Source: Brevundimonas sp. (GTDB lineage: Bacteria; Pseudomonadota; Alphaproteobacteria; Caulobacterales; Caulobacteraceae). Taken from it: a stretch of DNA of 64,000 bases. Under the pieces are notes generated by a model, which saw only the letters and a program-made list of their open reading frames with translations, made no database searches and was not told where the DNA came from. This document shows positions 54,049-63,340 of this stretch, piece after piece. The translations under genes and the position numbers were made by a program. Location: assembly GCA_046292645.1 (NCBI GenBank), contig JBKBQO010000009.1, forward strand, positions 19,552-83,551, in the 5' to 3' direction. Position 1 is the first letter of the stretch, and every line of letters starts with the position of its first letter.

Positions 54049-55047
54049 ATGACCCTCGACGCCGCCACGGCCTCCCGCTTCGCCGCCGCCGCCCTCGGCC
54101 ATGTGACGCGCGAATATCCGAACAAGATGGACCACGTCCTCGCCGGGCCCGACGACGTGCAGGGCCCGCGCGCCCTCCACCCGATCTTCTTCGGCAGTTT
54201 CGACTGGCACTCTTGCGTGCACGGCTGGTGGACCCTCTTCACCCTGCTGCGGCTGCACCCCGACATGGCCGAGGCGGCCGCGATCCGGACGCTGGCGGAC
54301 CAGCTGTTCACGGCGGAGAACGTGGCCGCCGAAACCGCCTATCTGGCCCGGCCCGGCAGCCGGGGCTTCGAACGCCCCTACGGATGGGCCTGGCTGCTGA
54401 TGCTGGCCGCCGAGCTGGACCGGCACGATGACGGGCGCGGCGAGACCCTGCGGCCGCTGGCCCGGGCCTTCGCCCGCCGCTTCACCGACTTCCTGCCGCT
54501 GGCCGACTATCCGGTCCGGGTCGGGACCCATTACAACACCGCCTTCGCCCTGCGCCTGACCCTCGACTATGCCGATGCCGCCGGCGACGCCGCCCTGGCC
54601 GCCCTCTGCCGGGCGCGCGCCGTCCGCTGGCATTCGGGCGATCGCCACTGTCAGGCGTGGGAGCCGTCGCAGGACGAATTCCTGTCGCCAGCCTTGATGG
54701 AGGCGGGCCTGATGCGTCGGGTGCTGGCTCCGGACGCCTTCGCCGACTGGTTCACAGCCTTCCTGCCTCGGCTCGAGCAGAGAGAGCCCGCCGCCCTGTT
54801 CCAGCCCCCCCGCGTCAGCGACCGGTCCGACGGCAAGATCGCCCACCTCGACGGCCTGAATCTCAGCCGGGCCTGGTGTTGGCGCGAGATCGCCTCCGGC
54901 CTACCGCATGCCGACCCGCGTCGCGCAATCGCGCTGGGAACCGCGACGGATCACCTCGACGCCGCCCTGCCCCACGTCACCGGCGACTATATGGGCGAGC
55001 ACTGGCTGGCCAGTTTCGCCCTTCTGGCCCTGCTGGCCGACGCCTAG
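54049..55047 (+). CDS. DUF2891 family protein
   Basis: REYPNK, LHPIFFGSFDWHSCVHG, FERPYGWAWLL, WEPS..EFLSP, DGKIAHLDGLNLSRAW, YMGEHWLASFA. Confidence 0.9.
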   Translation: MTLDAATASRFAAAALGHVTREYPNKMDHVLAGPDDVQGPRALHPIFFGSFDWHSCVHGWWTLFTLLRLHPDMAEAAAIRTLADQLFTAENVAAETAYLARPGSRGFERPYGWAWLLMLAAELDRHDDGRGETLRPLARAFARRFTDFLPLADYPVRVGTHYNTAFALRLTLDYADAAGDAALAALCRARAVRWHSGDRHCQAWEPSQDEFLSPALMEAGLMRRVLAPDAFADWFTAFLPRLEQREPAALFQPPRVSDRSDGKIAHLDGLNLSRAWCWREIASGLPHADPRRAIALGTATDHLDAALPHVTGDYMGEHWLASFALLALLADA

Positions 55048-55397
55048 AGCGGCCCGCGAAACACCAACCAGGCCCCCGCCACGATCAGGGCGAAGCCGAC
55101 CGCATGGTTCATCGTCAGCTTCTCGCCGAGGAAGGTGACCGAGAAGATGGCGAAGACGATCAGGGTGATCACCTCCTGCATCGTCTTCAGCTCGGCCGCC
55201 GAATAGACCTGGTGGCCGATCCGGTTGGCCGGCACCGCCAGGCAGTATTCGAAGAAGGCGATGCCCCAGCTGACGATGACCACAAGCAGCAGCGGCTTGC
55301 TGCCGAATTTCAGATGGCCATACCAGGCCACGGTCATGAAGACGTTCGAGGCAACCAGCAGCAGCACCGGCGCGAGATGGGCGAATGAGATCGGCAT
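55044..55397 (-). CDS. DMT family small membrane protein
   Basis: SNVFMTVAWYGHLK, SWGIAFFEYCLAVPANRIG, LKTMQEVITL. Confidence 0.92.
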   Translation of the reverse strand: MPISFAHLAPVLLLVASNVFMTVAWYGHLKFGSKPLLLVVIVSWGIAFFEYCLAVPANRIGHQVYSAAELKTMQEVITLIVFAIFSVTFLGEKLTMNHAVGFALIVAGAWLVFRGPL

Positions 55398-55423
55398 GGT
55401 GCCCCCGGCTCGACGTCCCTGTC

Positions 55424-55453
55424 TTGACGTCCTCCGCCATGCGCCAGCATAAG
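55424..55453 (+). promoter_or_regulatory. sigma70-type promoter of tRNA-Thr
   Basis: TTGACG...GCATAAG, about 20 nt upstream of the tRNA. Confidence 0.6.
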
Positions 55454-55473
55454 GGCCGCCCGTCAAGGCGGCG

Positions 55474-55549
55474 GCCGGCTTAGCTCAGTTGGTAGAGCGC
55501 CAGTTTTGTAAACTGGATGTCGCGGGTTCGATTCCTGCAGCCGGCACCA
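55474..55549 (+). tRNA. tRNA-Thr (anticodon TGT)
   Basis: GCCGGCT acceptor stem, CCAGT-TTTGTAA-ACTGG anticodon arm, GTTCGATTC, encoded CCA; 76 nt. Confidence 0.98.
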
Positions 55550-55559
55550 TCACCTGCGT

Positions 55560-55970
55560 TCAGACGTCGAGACCGCCGCGCGCCTCGCGAAGCCGGGCGA
55601 AATGATCAGCCGCCGACGGTCCGAACAGGACGGGATCCGTGGCGTGGGCGTCCTCGATCAGAGCCATGACCAGATCCAGGGAATCCCGTCGGCTGGGCCG
55701 CCCGCCCTCGGCCAGCCGGTCAACCAGGGTCAGCAGATTGTCCCGACGCTGCTGCGCCTGGGCCTTCAGGGCCTTGATGCGCGGCCGATACGGCGCGGCG
55801 GGCTCGGCGGCCGCGCGGCGGATCGGGGATCGGGGACTGTCGAAGAAGGAGTCGTCCAGCGCGCCGGCCGTGCTCCCGGCCGGGCGGGCCGCACTGTCCG
55901 GCTGGCGCAGGGACGCCCCGGCGGGGGTGGGACCACGGTCGGATACGACGGAGTTCGGCGACGACGCCAT
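55560..55970 (-). CDS. hypothetical protein
   Basis: Fills the gap between tRNA-Thr and feoB; disordered N-half and helical C-half. Confidence 0.55.
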   Translation of the reverse strand: MASSPNSVVSDRGPTPAGASLRQPDSAARPAGSTAGALDDSFFDSPRSPIRRAAAEPAAPYRPRIKALKAQAQQRRDNLLTLVDRLAEGGRPSRRDSLDLVMALIEDAHATDPVLFGPSAADHFARLREARGGLDV

Positions 55971-56050
55971 TCCATTTCCCCAGAGAACGGCGGAATTCGA
56001 CGCAAAGTCCGACCCTTGTCAATCGCCGTCGCGCGTGGGGCGAGGCCCGC

Positions 56051-57922
56051 TCAGCCGCCGCCGAGGGCCACCGTCACGCGATAGACGATGAAGGCCGCCA
56101 GATAGGCCAGGGCGAACATATAGACGACCATCACCCACATCCATTTCCACGAGTTCAGCTCGCGCTTGACCACGCCCAGTGTGGCCACGCACTGAGGCGC
56201 GAAGACGTACCAGGCGAGGAAGGCCAGACCGGTGGCCAGCGACCACTGGGCCGCCAGGGTCGCGCCCAGCAGACTGCCGGCGCTCTCGGCGTCGGCGACC
56301 GCATAGACCGTGCCCAGGGCGGCCACCGCCACCTCGCGCGCCGCCATGCCGGGCACCAGGGCGATGACCATCTGCCAGTTGAAGCCGATGGGTGCGAACA
56401 GCGGCTCCAGGCCGTGGCCGATCATGCCGGCGAAGCTGTAGTCGATCGCCGGCTCGGTCGCGCCCTCGGGCGGATAGGGGAAGGTCGACAGGGCCCAGAC
56501 GATGATCATCAGCGGCAGGATGATGCGCCCCGCCCGCTCCAGGAAGATGCGCGCGCGGAGCCACAGGTTCAGCAGCACGCTCTTGAAGTCGGGGGTCTTG
56601 TAGGCCGGCAGCTCCATCATGAAGGGCTCGACGGCGCCGCGCCAGAACACCTTCCGGATGACGAAGGACACGACCAGGGCGCTGATGATTCCCGCGGCGT
56701 AGAGCCCGAACATCACCAGACCCTGCAGCCCGACGAAGCCCCAGACCGTCTGGTCCGGAATAAAGGCGGCGATGATCAGCGTATAGACCGGAATCCGCGC
56801 CGAACAGGTCATCAGGGGCGCGACCATGATGGTCGTCAGTCGATCGCGCTTGCTGTCGATCACCCGCGCCGCCATCACGCCCGGGATGGCGCAGGCCACG
56901 CTGGACAGCAGGGGCACGAAGGCCCGGCCGTGCAGGCCCGAGACGCCCATGATCCGGTCCAGCAGGAAGGCGGCCCGGGCCATGTAGCCGAAATCCTCCA
57001 GCAGGATGATGAACAGGAACAGGATCAGGATCTGCGGCAGGAAGACCAGCACGCTGCCGACCCCCGAGATCAGGCCGTCAACGATCAGGCTCTGCCAGAT
57101 GCCGTCCGGCATCACGCCGGCCACCAGGGCGCCGACCCCGGCCAGGGCGGCCTCGATACCGTCCGCGAACGGACCGGCCCAGCTGAACACCGCCTGGAAC
57201 ATGACGAACATGATCGCCGTCAGGATCAGCAGGCCCCCGACCGGATGCAGCAGCACGCCGTCGATCTTGCCGGTCAGGGTGTCGGGCCGTTCCGGCGGCT
57301 GGACGCAGGCCTTCATGATCCGTTCGGCCTCGCGCGCCGCAGCGCGAAGGGCGGCGGCGTCCGGCGCAGTCCAGTCGCTCTGCGGCGCTGCCGGGGCGGC
57401 GTCGGCGGCGGCGCGAACGGCGGCGACCAGATCCTCGATCCCGCGCCTGCGCGTCGCCGTCGTGGGAACGATCGTCAGCCCCGTCTCCGCCGCCAGCCGT
57501 TCCAGGTCGATCCGAAGACCCTGGCGCTGGGCGATGTCATACATGTTCAGCGCCAGCACCATCGGCCGGCCGACGGCCTTCAGCTCCAGCACCAGCCGCA
57601 GCACCAGTCGCAGATTGGTGGCGTCGGCCACGGCCACGATCACATCCGGCGGCGTCTCGCCGGCCAGACGGCCCAGCACCGCGTCCCGCGTGACCTCCTC
57701 GTCGGGGCTGCGGGCCCGCAGGGAATAGGTGCCCGGCAGGTCCAGCACGAACATCGCACGCCCGTCCGGCGCGCGGACCAGGCCCTCCTTCCGCTCCACC
57801 GTGACGCCCGCGTAGTTGGCGACCTTCTGGTGGGCGCCGGTCAGGGCGTTGAACAGGGCCGTCTTGCCGCTGTTGGGATTGCCCACGAGCGCGACCCGCG
57901 CGCTCCGCACCGCCATGTCCAT
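56051..57922 (-). CDS. feoB: ferrous iron transporter B
   Basis: GNPNSGKT, VANYAGVTV, DLPGTYSL, NMYD, GYMARAAF, PLMTCSAR, Gate domains. Confidence 0.98.
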   Translation of the reverse strand: MDMAVRSARVALVGNPNSGKTALFNALTGAHQKVANYAGVTVERKEGLVRAPDGRAMFVLDLPGTYSLRARSPDEEVTRDAVLGRLAGETPPDVIVAVADATNLRLVLRLVLELKAVGRPMVLALNMYDIAQRQGLRIDLERLAAETGLTIVPTTATRRRGIEDLVAAVRAAADAAPAAPQSDWTAPDAAALRAAAREAERIMKACVQPPERPDTLTGKIDGVLLHPVGGLLILTAIMFVMFQAVFSWAGPFADGIEAALAGVGALVAGVMPDGIWQSLIVDGLISGVGSVLVFLPQILILFLFIILLEDFGYMARAAFLLDRIMGVSGLHGRAFVPLLSSVACAIPGVMAARVIDSKRDRLTTIMVAPLMTCSARIPVYTLIIAAFIPDQTVWGFVGLQGLVMFGLYAAGIISALVVSFVIRKVFWRGAVEPFMMELPAYKTPDFKSVLLNLWLRARIFLERAGRIILPLMIIVWALSTFPYPPEGATEPAIDYSFAGMIGHGLEPLFAPIGFNWQMVIALVPGMAAREVAVAALGTVYAVADAESAGSLLGATLAAQWSLATGLAFLAWYVFAPQCVATLGVVKRELNSWKWMWVMVVYMFALAYLAAFIVYRVTVALGGG

Positions 57923-58197
57923 CAGGCGGCCCGGCCGCTTTCGAACCGCACCGTCAAACTCGCGGCCTCGTGTCGGCGCAGCGCGACCCGGGCGTCGTCC
58001 ACCCGCATGGCGATGGGATCACGACCGAAGAGTCCTTCATGCAGCAGCTCGATGCGGGCGCCCTCGACGAAGCCCAGTTCCAGCAGCCGACGCTCCAACT
58101 CCCGCGCATGCTCGTCTTGCCGAAGCGCGTCGCCAACCTGGACGATGACGCCATGATCGCCCTTGCGGGCCTGGCTCAGTTTGCGGGTGTCGGTCAT
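57922..58197 (-). CDS. feoA: ferrous iron transport protein A
   Basis: RRLLELGFVEG, GRDPIAMRV...VALRR.EA; coupled to feoB. Confidence 0.95.
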   Translation of the reverse strand: MTDTRKLSQARKGDHGVIVQVGDALRQDEHARELERRLLELGFVEGARIELLHEGLFGRDPIAMRVDDARVALRRHEAASLTVRFESGRAA

Positions 58198-58234
58198 GAG
58201 TCTCGCGGACGGTCAGGGCGCGCCGGCGCCCTCT

Positions 58235-58251
58235 ATTGACACTCATTATCA
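58235..58251. promoter_or_regulatory. putative Fur box
   Basis: TGATAATGAGTGTCAAT on the minus strand, about 40 bp upstream of feoA. Confidence 0.7.
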
Positions 58252-58346
58252 GCGGTCACCGCCCGCCGTCCAGCCTAACATGACGCCGCACCCCGTTGCC
58301 GCCGGCCACGGTTGGAGTATCACCGGACTATACCCCGGAGATCCTC

Positions 58347-58853
58347 ATGACACGCCCGCTGCTCGCCGCCCTGGTTCTGTGCGCCCTGACCGGCTGCGGC
58401 CCTGGTTCGAACGAATCCGAGACGCCTCAGTCCGCCGCTCCCGGCGCCTCTGCGCCCGCGCCCTCCCCGACCGTGGCGACCGCGGACAAGGCGGCCCTGG
58501 TCGCGGCCCTGCCCGCACCCTGGAACGAGGCCGACCTCGACAACGGGCGGCGCGTCTTCGCCCGCTGCCGGTCCTGTCACACCATCACCGAGGGCGGCCC
58601 GGGCATGACAGGCCCGAATCTGTACGGCGTGTTCGGCCGGACCGCCGGCGCCCAGCCGGGATACAACTACTCCGCGGCGCTGAAGTCCGCGGGCTTCGTC
58701 TGGGACGGCGAGAAGCTGGACCAATGGCTCGAGAACCCCCGAACCTTCCTGCGCGGCACCAAGATGAGCTTCGCCGGAATTCCTGATCCGACGGACCGCC
58801 GCGACGTGATCGCCTGGCTCAAGGTCGAGACAGGCTACACGCCGCCGGCCTGA
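58347..58853 (+). CDS. lipid-anchored class I cytochrome c (c2-like)
   Basis: Lipobox LTGC, Ala/Pro linker, CRSCH, GPNLYGVFGR, GTKMSFAG. Confidence 0.93.
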   Translation: MTRPLLAALVLCALTGCGPGSNESETPQSAAPGASAPAPSPTVATADKAALVAALPAPWNEADLDNGRRVFARCRSCHTITEGGPGMTGPNLYGVFGRTAGAQPGYNYSAALKSAGFVWDGEKLDQWLENPRTFLRGTKMSFAGIPDPTDRRDVIAWLKVETGYTPPA

Positions 58854-58855
58854 GC

Positions 58856-61800
58856 CTATTCCGCCGCCGCCGGCAGGGGGTCGTTGGCGGCGCCCTCCCG
58901 GGCCTCCCATTCCTCGATCTTGCGCGCCGTATATTCGGGCGACTTGGTGAAGCGCGCCAGCACGCCATAGATCACCGGCACCACGAACAGGGTCAGCACG
59001 GTCGCGAACATGGCGCCCGAGAAGATCACCACGCCGATGGTCTGACGGCTGCCCGCGCCCGCGCCCTGCCACAACACCAGCGGCAGGGCCCCGAAGGCGG
59101 TGGCGATCGAGGTCATGATGATCGGCCGCAAACGCAGGGTCGAGGCCTCGATGATGGCCTCCTGGATCGACCGGCCCTGGTCGCGAAGCTGGTTGGCGAA
59201 CTCCACGATCAGAATGCCGTTCTTGGCCGCCACCCCGATCAGGATGATCAGCCCGATCTGGCTGTAGATGTTGAGGCTGGACCCCGCCATGACAAGGCCG
59301 AACAGACCGCCCGCCGCGGCCAGGGGCACGGTCAGCATGATGACCGCCGGGGTGATCCAGCTCTCGAACTGGGCCGCCAGCACCAGGAAGACCAGCAACA
59401 ACGCCAGGCCGAAGGCCGCCGCGACGGCCCCGCCCGCTTCCTGTTGGTCACGCGCCGCGCCGCCCCACTGGGTGTTGACCACGCCCTGCGGCTGTTCCCG
59501 CGACACGCGGGTCATGAACTCCGTGGCGTCGACCAGGGTCGTGCCCGGGTTGAGGTCGGCGGAGATCGAGATGGCGCGCTGACGATCGAGACGGCGGCGG
59601 TCCGGCGTGTCGCCCGAGGTCTCGGTGGTGACCACGGCGGACAGCGGAACGAGTTGTCCGGACCCGGTCGTGACGTACAGGGCTTCGAGATCGGCCACAT
59701 TGCGACGATCGGCCCGCTCGGTCTGCAGGATGACGTCATATTCCTGGCCGCCGCGCAGATAGGTGGTGGCGCGGCGGGACCCGAACATCGTCTCCAGCGT
59801 CCGGCCGATCGCCTGGGCCGAAACCCCCAGGGCCGCGGCCTTTTCGGGATCGACGTCGACCAGCAGGCGCGGCGCATTCGGCTCGTAATTCAGCCGCGGG
59901 CGGGAGAAGCCGGGGTTCTCGAGCGACGCGGCCAGCACAGGCTGCAGCCAGTTGTAGATGTCCTCATACTCCGCCCCCGTGACGACCATCTCGATCGAGT
60001 TCGAGTTGCTGCCGCCGCGCTGGAAGGCGCCGGGCACCGAGGCGTTGACCTGGGCGTTGGTCTGGCCACGCAACTTGCCATTCAGTTCCTGGGCGATCTC
60101 GTCCGCGGACCGGTCGCGCTCGGACCAGTCGCTGAGGATGAGACTGCCGTTGCCGGAATTATAGCTTCCGCCGCCAAAGCCGGGCGCAGAGATCAGATAG
60201 CTGCTGGCCTCGCCGTTGGCCTTGTACTCAGCCAGGATCGGCTCGATCCCCATCATGATGTCGCGGGTATAGTCGAAGCCGGCGCCCTCGGGCCCCTGGA
60301 CCCGAATCCCGACCCGACCGCGGTCCTCGGCGGGGACGAGCTCGTTCGGCAGGGTGAAGAACATGAAGGCCGCGCCGCCGGCGACGGCCAGGATCAGCCC
60401 CGCCACCCCGACAACCGCGATCCGCCTGCCGAGCAGGGCCTGCAGCGAGTTCTGGTAGGAGTTGCGCAGGGCGTCCATGCCCCGGTCCACCTTGCGGGCG
60501 ACCCAGCCGCCGGTTGTGGCCGGACGCAGGATACGCGAGGCCAGCATGGGCGAGAGGGTCAGGGCCAGGAAGGCCGAGAAGGCCACGGCCGCCGCGATCG
60601 CCGCCGCCAGCTCCACGAACAGCCGGCCGACATAGCCGGGCAGGAACAGCAGGGGCGCGAATACCGCCAGCAGGACCACGGTGGTCGCCACGACGGCGAA
60701 GAAGACCTGGCGCGCCCCGCGCTCGGCCGCCACCAGCGGCGGCTCGCCGTGATCGAGACGACGCTGGATGTTCTCGGTCACGACGATCGCGTCATCGACC
60801 ACCAGGCCGATGGCCAGCACGAGGGCCAGCAGGGTCAGCAGGTTCAGCGAGAAGCCCAGCGGCGCCAGGATGATGAAGGTGGACAGCAGGCAGATCGGGG
60901 CCACAATCGACGGGATAAAGGCCGCCCGCAGACTGCCCAGGAAGATGAAATTCACCAGCGCCACGAGGGCCAGAGAGATGCCGATGGTGATCCAGACCTC
61001 GTCGATGGCGTGCGAGGTGAACACGGAGTTGTCCGAGCCGATGACGAGCTCCGCGCCCTCGGGGAGGCTGGGCCGCACCTCTTCCAGCATCGCCTCGACG
61101 CCCTCCGAGATGGCCAGGTCGTTGGACTGGGCCTGACGGGTCACGGCCAGGCCGATCTGATCAAGGCCGTTGCCGCGGAACAGGCGGCGGTCCTCGGCCG
61201 GCGCTTCAACCACCCTTGCGATGTCGCCCAGGCGGGTGACGTAGGCGGTGGAGCCCTGAATGGCCCCCGCCGCGCCGCTGGGAAGCGCCGTGGCCCCACC
61301 CGTCTGGGTCACGGCGGCGGTTCCCGAGCCGCGCGTGCCGATGGGCAGTTGGCGGAAGTCTTCGGCGCGGGCGTAGGTCCGGGCGACCCGGACGGTATAG
61401 TCCTTCTGCCCCGACTCCAGCTGGCCGGCCGGAAGCTCGACGTTCTGCGCCGTCAGGGCGGTTTCGACGTCGTTGACGGTGAGACCTCGCGCGGCCAGAG
61501 CCGCTGCGTCCAGCCAGATACGCATGGCGTAGCGCTGCTCGCCGTAGATCTGCACCTGGGCCACGCCCGGCACCGTCGCCAGGGTGTCGATCAGATAGCG
61601 GTCCGCGTAGTCGGTCAGTTCCAGCCGGTTCATGGTCGTCGACCGGAGGAAAAGGATCATGATCGGCTGGCTGTCGGAGTCCGCCTTGGACACCTCCGGC
61701 GGCTGGGCCTGGTCGGGCAGGCGGCCGACGACGCGCGACACGCGATCGCGGACGTCATTGGCGGCGTCGTCGATGTCGCGGTCCAGCGAGAATTCGATCG

Positions 61801-62074
61801 AGACGTTCGAACGGCCGTCGCGGCTCGAGGAGTTGATCCGCTCGACGCCCTGGATGCCGGCGATCTGCTGTTCGATCGGCTCGGTGATCCGGCTTTCGAT
61901 GACCTCGGCCGAGGCCCCGGCGTAGCTGGTGCTGACCGAGACGATCGGCGGATCGACGTCGGGGAGTTCGCGCACGGGCAGGAAGAAGAAGGCGGCCGCC
62001 CCGATCACGCACAGGACAATGGCCGCGACCGCCGCGAAGACCGGGCGGCGGACGGCGAGATCGGACAGCATCAT
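58856..62074 (-). CDS. RND efflux transporter permease (AcrB/AcrD/AcrF family)
   Basis: RRPVFA, GLVVDDAIVV, AQFES, KNGILIVEFA, RLRPIIMT. Confidence 0.97.
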   Translation of the reverse strand: MMLSDLAVRRPVFAAVAAIVLCVIGAAAFFFLPVRELPDVDPPIVSVSTSYAGASAEVIESRITEPIEQQIAGIQGVERINSSSRDGRSNVSIEFSLDRDIDDAANDVRDRVSRVVGRLPDQAQPPEVSKADSDSQPIMILFLRSTTMNRLELTDYADRYLIDTLATVPGVAQVQIYGEQRYAMRIWLDAAALAARGLTVNDVETALTAQNVELPAGQLESGQKDYTVRVARTYARAEDFRQLPIGTRGSGTAAVTQTGGATALPSGAAGAIQGSTAYVTRLGDIARVVEAPAEDRRLFRGNGLDQIGLAVTRQAQSNDLAISEGVEAMLEEVRPSLPEGAELVIGSDNSVFTSHAIDEVWITIGISLALVALVNFIFLGSLRAAFIPSIVAPICLLSTFIILAPLGFSLNLLTLLALVLAIGLVVDDAIVVTENIQRRLDHGEPPLVAAERGARQVFFAVVATTVVLLAVFAPLLFLPGYVGRLFVELAAAIAAAVAFSAFLALTLSPMLASRILRPATTGGWVARKVDRGMDALRNSYQNSLQALLGRRIAVVGVAGLILAVAGGAAFMFFTLPNELVPAEDRGRVGIRVQGPEGAGFDYTRDIMMGIEPILAEYKANGEASSYLISAPGFGGGSYNSGNGSLILSDWSERDRSADEIAQELNGKLRGQTNAQVNASVPGAFQRGGSNSNSIEMVVTGAEYEDIYNWLQPVLAASLENPGFSRPRLNYEPNAPRLLVDVDPEKAAALGVSAQAIGRTLETMFGSRRATTYLRGGQEYDVILQTERADRRNVADLEALYVTTGSGQLVPLSAVVTTETSGDTPDRRRLDRQRAISISADLNPGTTLVDATEFMTRVSREQPQGVVNTQWGGAARDQQEAGGAVAAAFGLALLLVFLVLAAQFESWITPAVIMLTVPLAAAGGLFGLVMAGSSLNIYSQIGLIILIGVAAKNGILIVEFANQLRDQGRSIQEAIIEASTLRLRPIIMTSIATAFGALPLVLWQGAGAGSRQTIGVVIFSGAMFATVLTLFVVPVIYGVLARFTKSPEYTARKIEEWEAREGAANDPLPAAAE

Positions 62075-63219
62075 TGGGCGGCGCCCCGGGCGGCGGCGCC
62101 GGCCGGGCGCGCGGCGCCTGTCCCGCCCCCGGAGCCGGCCACGCGGACCGGCGCGCCGGGCTGGATCCGGTTCAGACCCGACCCGACCACCCGGTCGCCG
62201 ACGTTCAGGCCCGAAAGGATTTCCACGAATCCGCCCTCGACGGAGCCCGTCTCGACTTCGACCCGCTGGGCGGTTGAGCCGCCGCCCTCCCCACGCGCAA
62301 TCCGATAGACGAAGGCGCCGTCGCCTTCATACTGGACCGCGGCCTCCGGCACAGCCGGAGCGGTTCTCTGGCCCTGCTGGACGGCGACGCGAACGGCCAT
62401 CCCCGGCCGGATGCGGGCGCCGGGATTCGGGATTTCGGCACGGGCGGTCACCGCCCGGGTCTGTTCGTTGACGCGGGTGTCGACCAGGGCGATGCGCCCG
62501 TTGAAGGTCTCGTCGCCATAGGCGTCGATCTTGGCCGTGATCGGCGTCCCGGCGCGCAGCACGCCCAGGTAGCGTTCCGGCACCGGGAAATCGACCCGCA
62601 CCACATCGATGTCATCCAGGGTGGTGATGATGCCGCCGGGATTGACCAGCGTCCCGACAGTGACCGAACTGAGTCCCAGAACCCCGGCGAACGGGGCGCG
62701 GATCAGACGATCGCCGCGGCGGGCCTGGGCGGCTGTAAGCGCCGCCCGCGCCGTCGCCAGCGAGGTTTCCGCGTCCTCGGCGCTGACGCGCGGCGCAATG
62801 CCGCGGTCGGCCAGGGTCTTGAAGCGGTCGTACTGGCGCTGCGCCTGGGCGACCTGGGCCCGGGCCTCAATGACGCCGGCGTCCTCTTCCCGCGCCTGAA
62901 GCTCAACCAGGGGGGTGCCCGCCGCGACCCGCTGGCCGTCGGTGAAGAACACGCGGGTGATGAGCTGGCTGGTGGACGAGGTGATATTGACCGAGCGCCG
63001 GCCGCGCGCGACGCCCAGGACCCGGATCTCGTCGGTGAAGGACCGGGAAGAGGCGACCGCTTCCGAAACCGCCTGACCACGCCCGCCGCCGGGCCCGCCG
63101 GGTCCGCCCGGCCCACCGCCCTTTTCGTCTCCGGCGAAGGCCATCCTCAGGACAACGGCCAGGATCATAAGGCCAAACACGACAGCGGCGGCGACGAGGA
63201 AGAAGTGGCGTTTGATCAC
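62071..63219 (-). CDS. RND efflux periplasmic adaptor (MFP)
   Basis: N-terminal anchor, IRAPFAGVLG, VDFPVPE, IRPGM, VPEAAV, GDRVV; GTG start. Confidence 0.95.
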   Translation of the reverse strand: MIKRHFFLVAAAVVFGLMILAVVLRMAFAGDEKGGGPGGPGGPGGGRGQAVSEAVASSRSFTDEIRVLGVARGRRSVNITSSTSQLITRVFFTDGQRVAAGTPLVELQAREEDAGVIEARAQVAQAQRQYDRFKTLADRGIAPRVSAEDAETSLATARAALTAAQARRGDRLIRAPFAGVLGLSSVTVGTLVNPGGIITTLDDIDVVRVDFPVPERYLGVLRAGTPITAKIDAYGDETFNGRIALVDTRVNEQTRAVTARAEIPNPGARIRPGMAVRVAVQQGQRTAPAVPEAAVQYEGDGAFVYRIARGEGGGSTAQRVEVETGSVEGGFVEILSGLNVGDRVVGSGLNRIQPGAPVRVAGSGGGTGAARPAGAAARGAAQ

Positions 63220-63340
63220 GCTTGAGACTCTTTTTGGTCAGTGAGGAGCGGACGAGCCGCCTGCCCGTCGTTGCAGCTAATTGCCTTGTAACGGAAACTG
63301 TTTCCCTTTCCGTCGCGAAAATCGTGCTTTGATTTCGCGG

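Noticed and set aside
63270-63306. GAAACA-N6-GTTACA repeat upstream of the RND operon
   Set aside because: Short and degenerate; cannot be told from chance without comparative data
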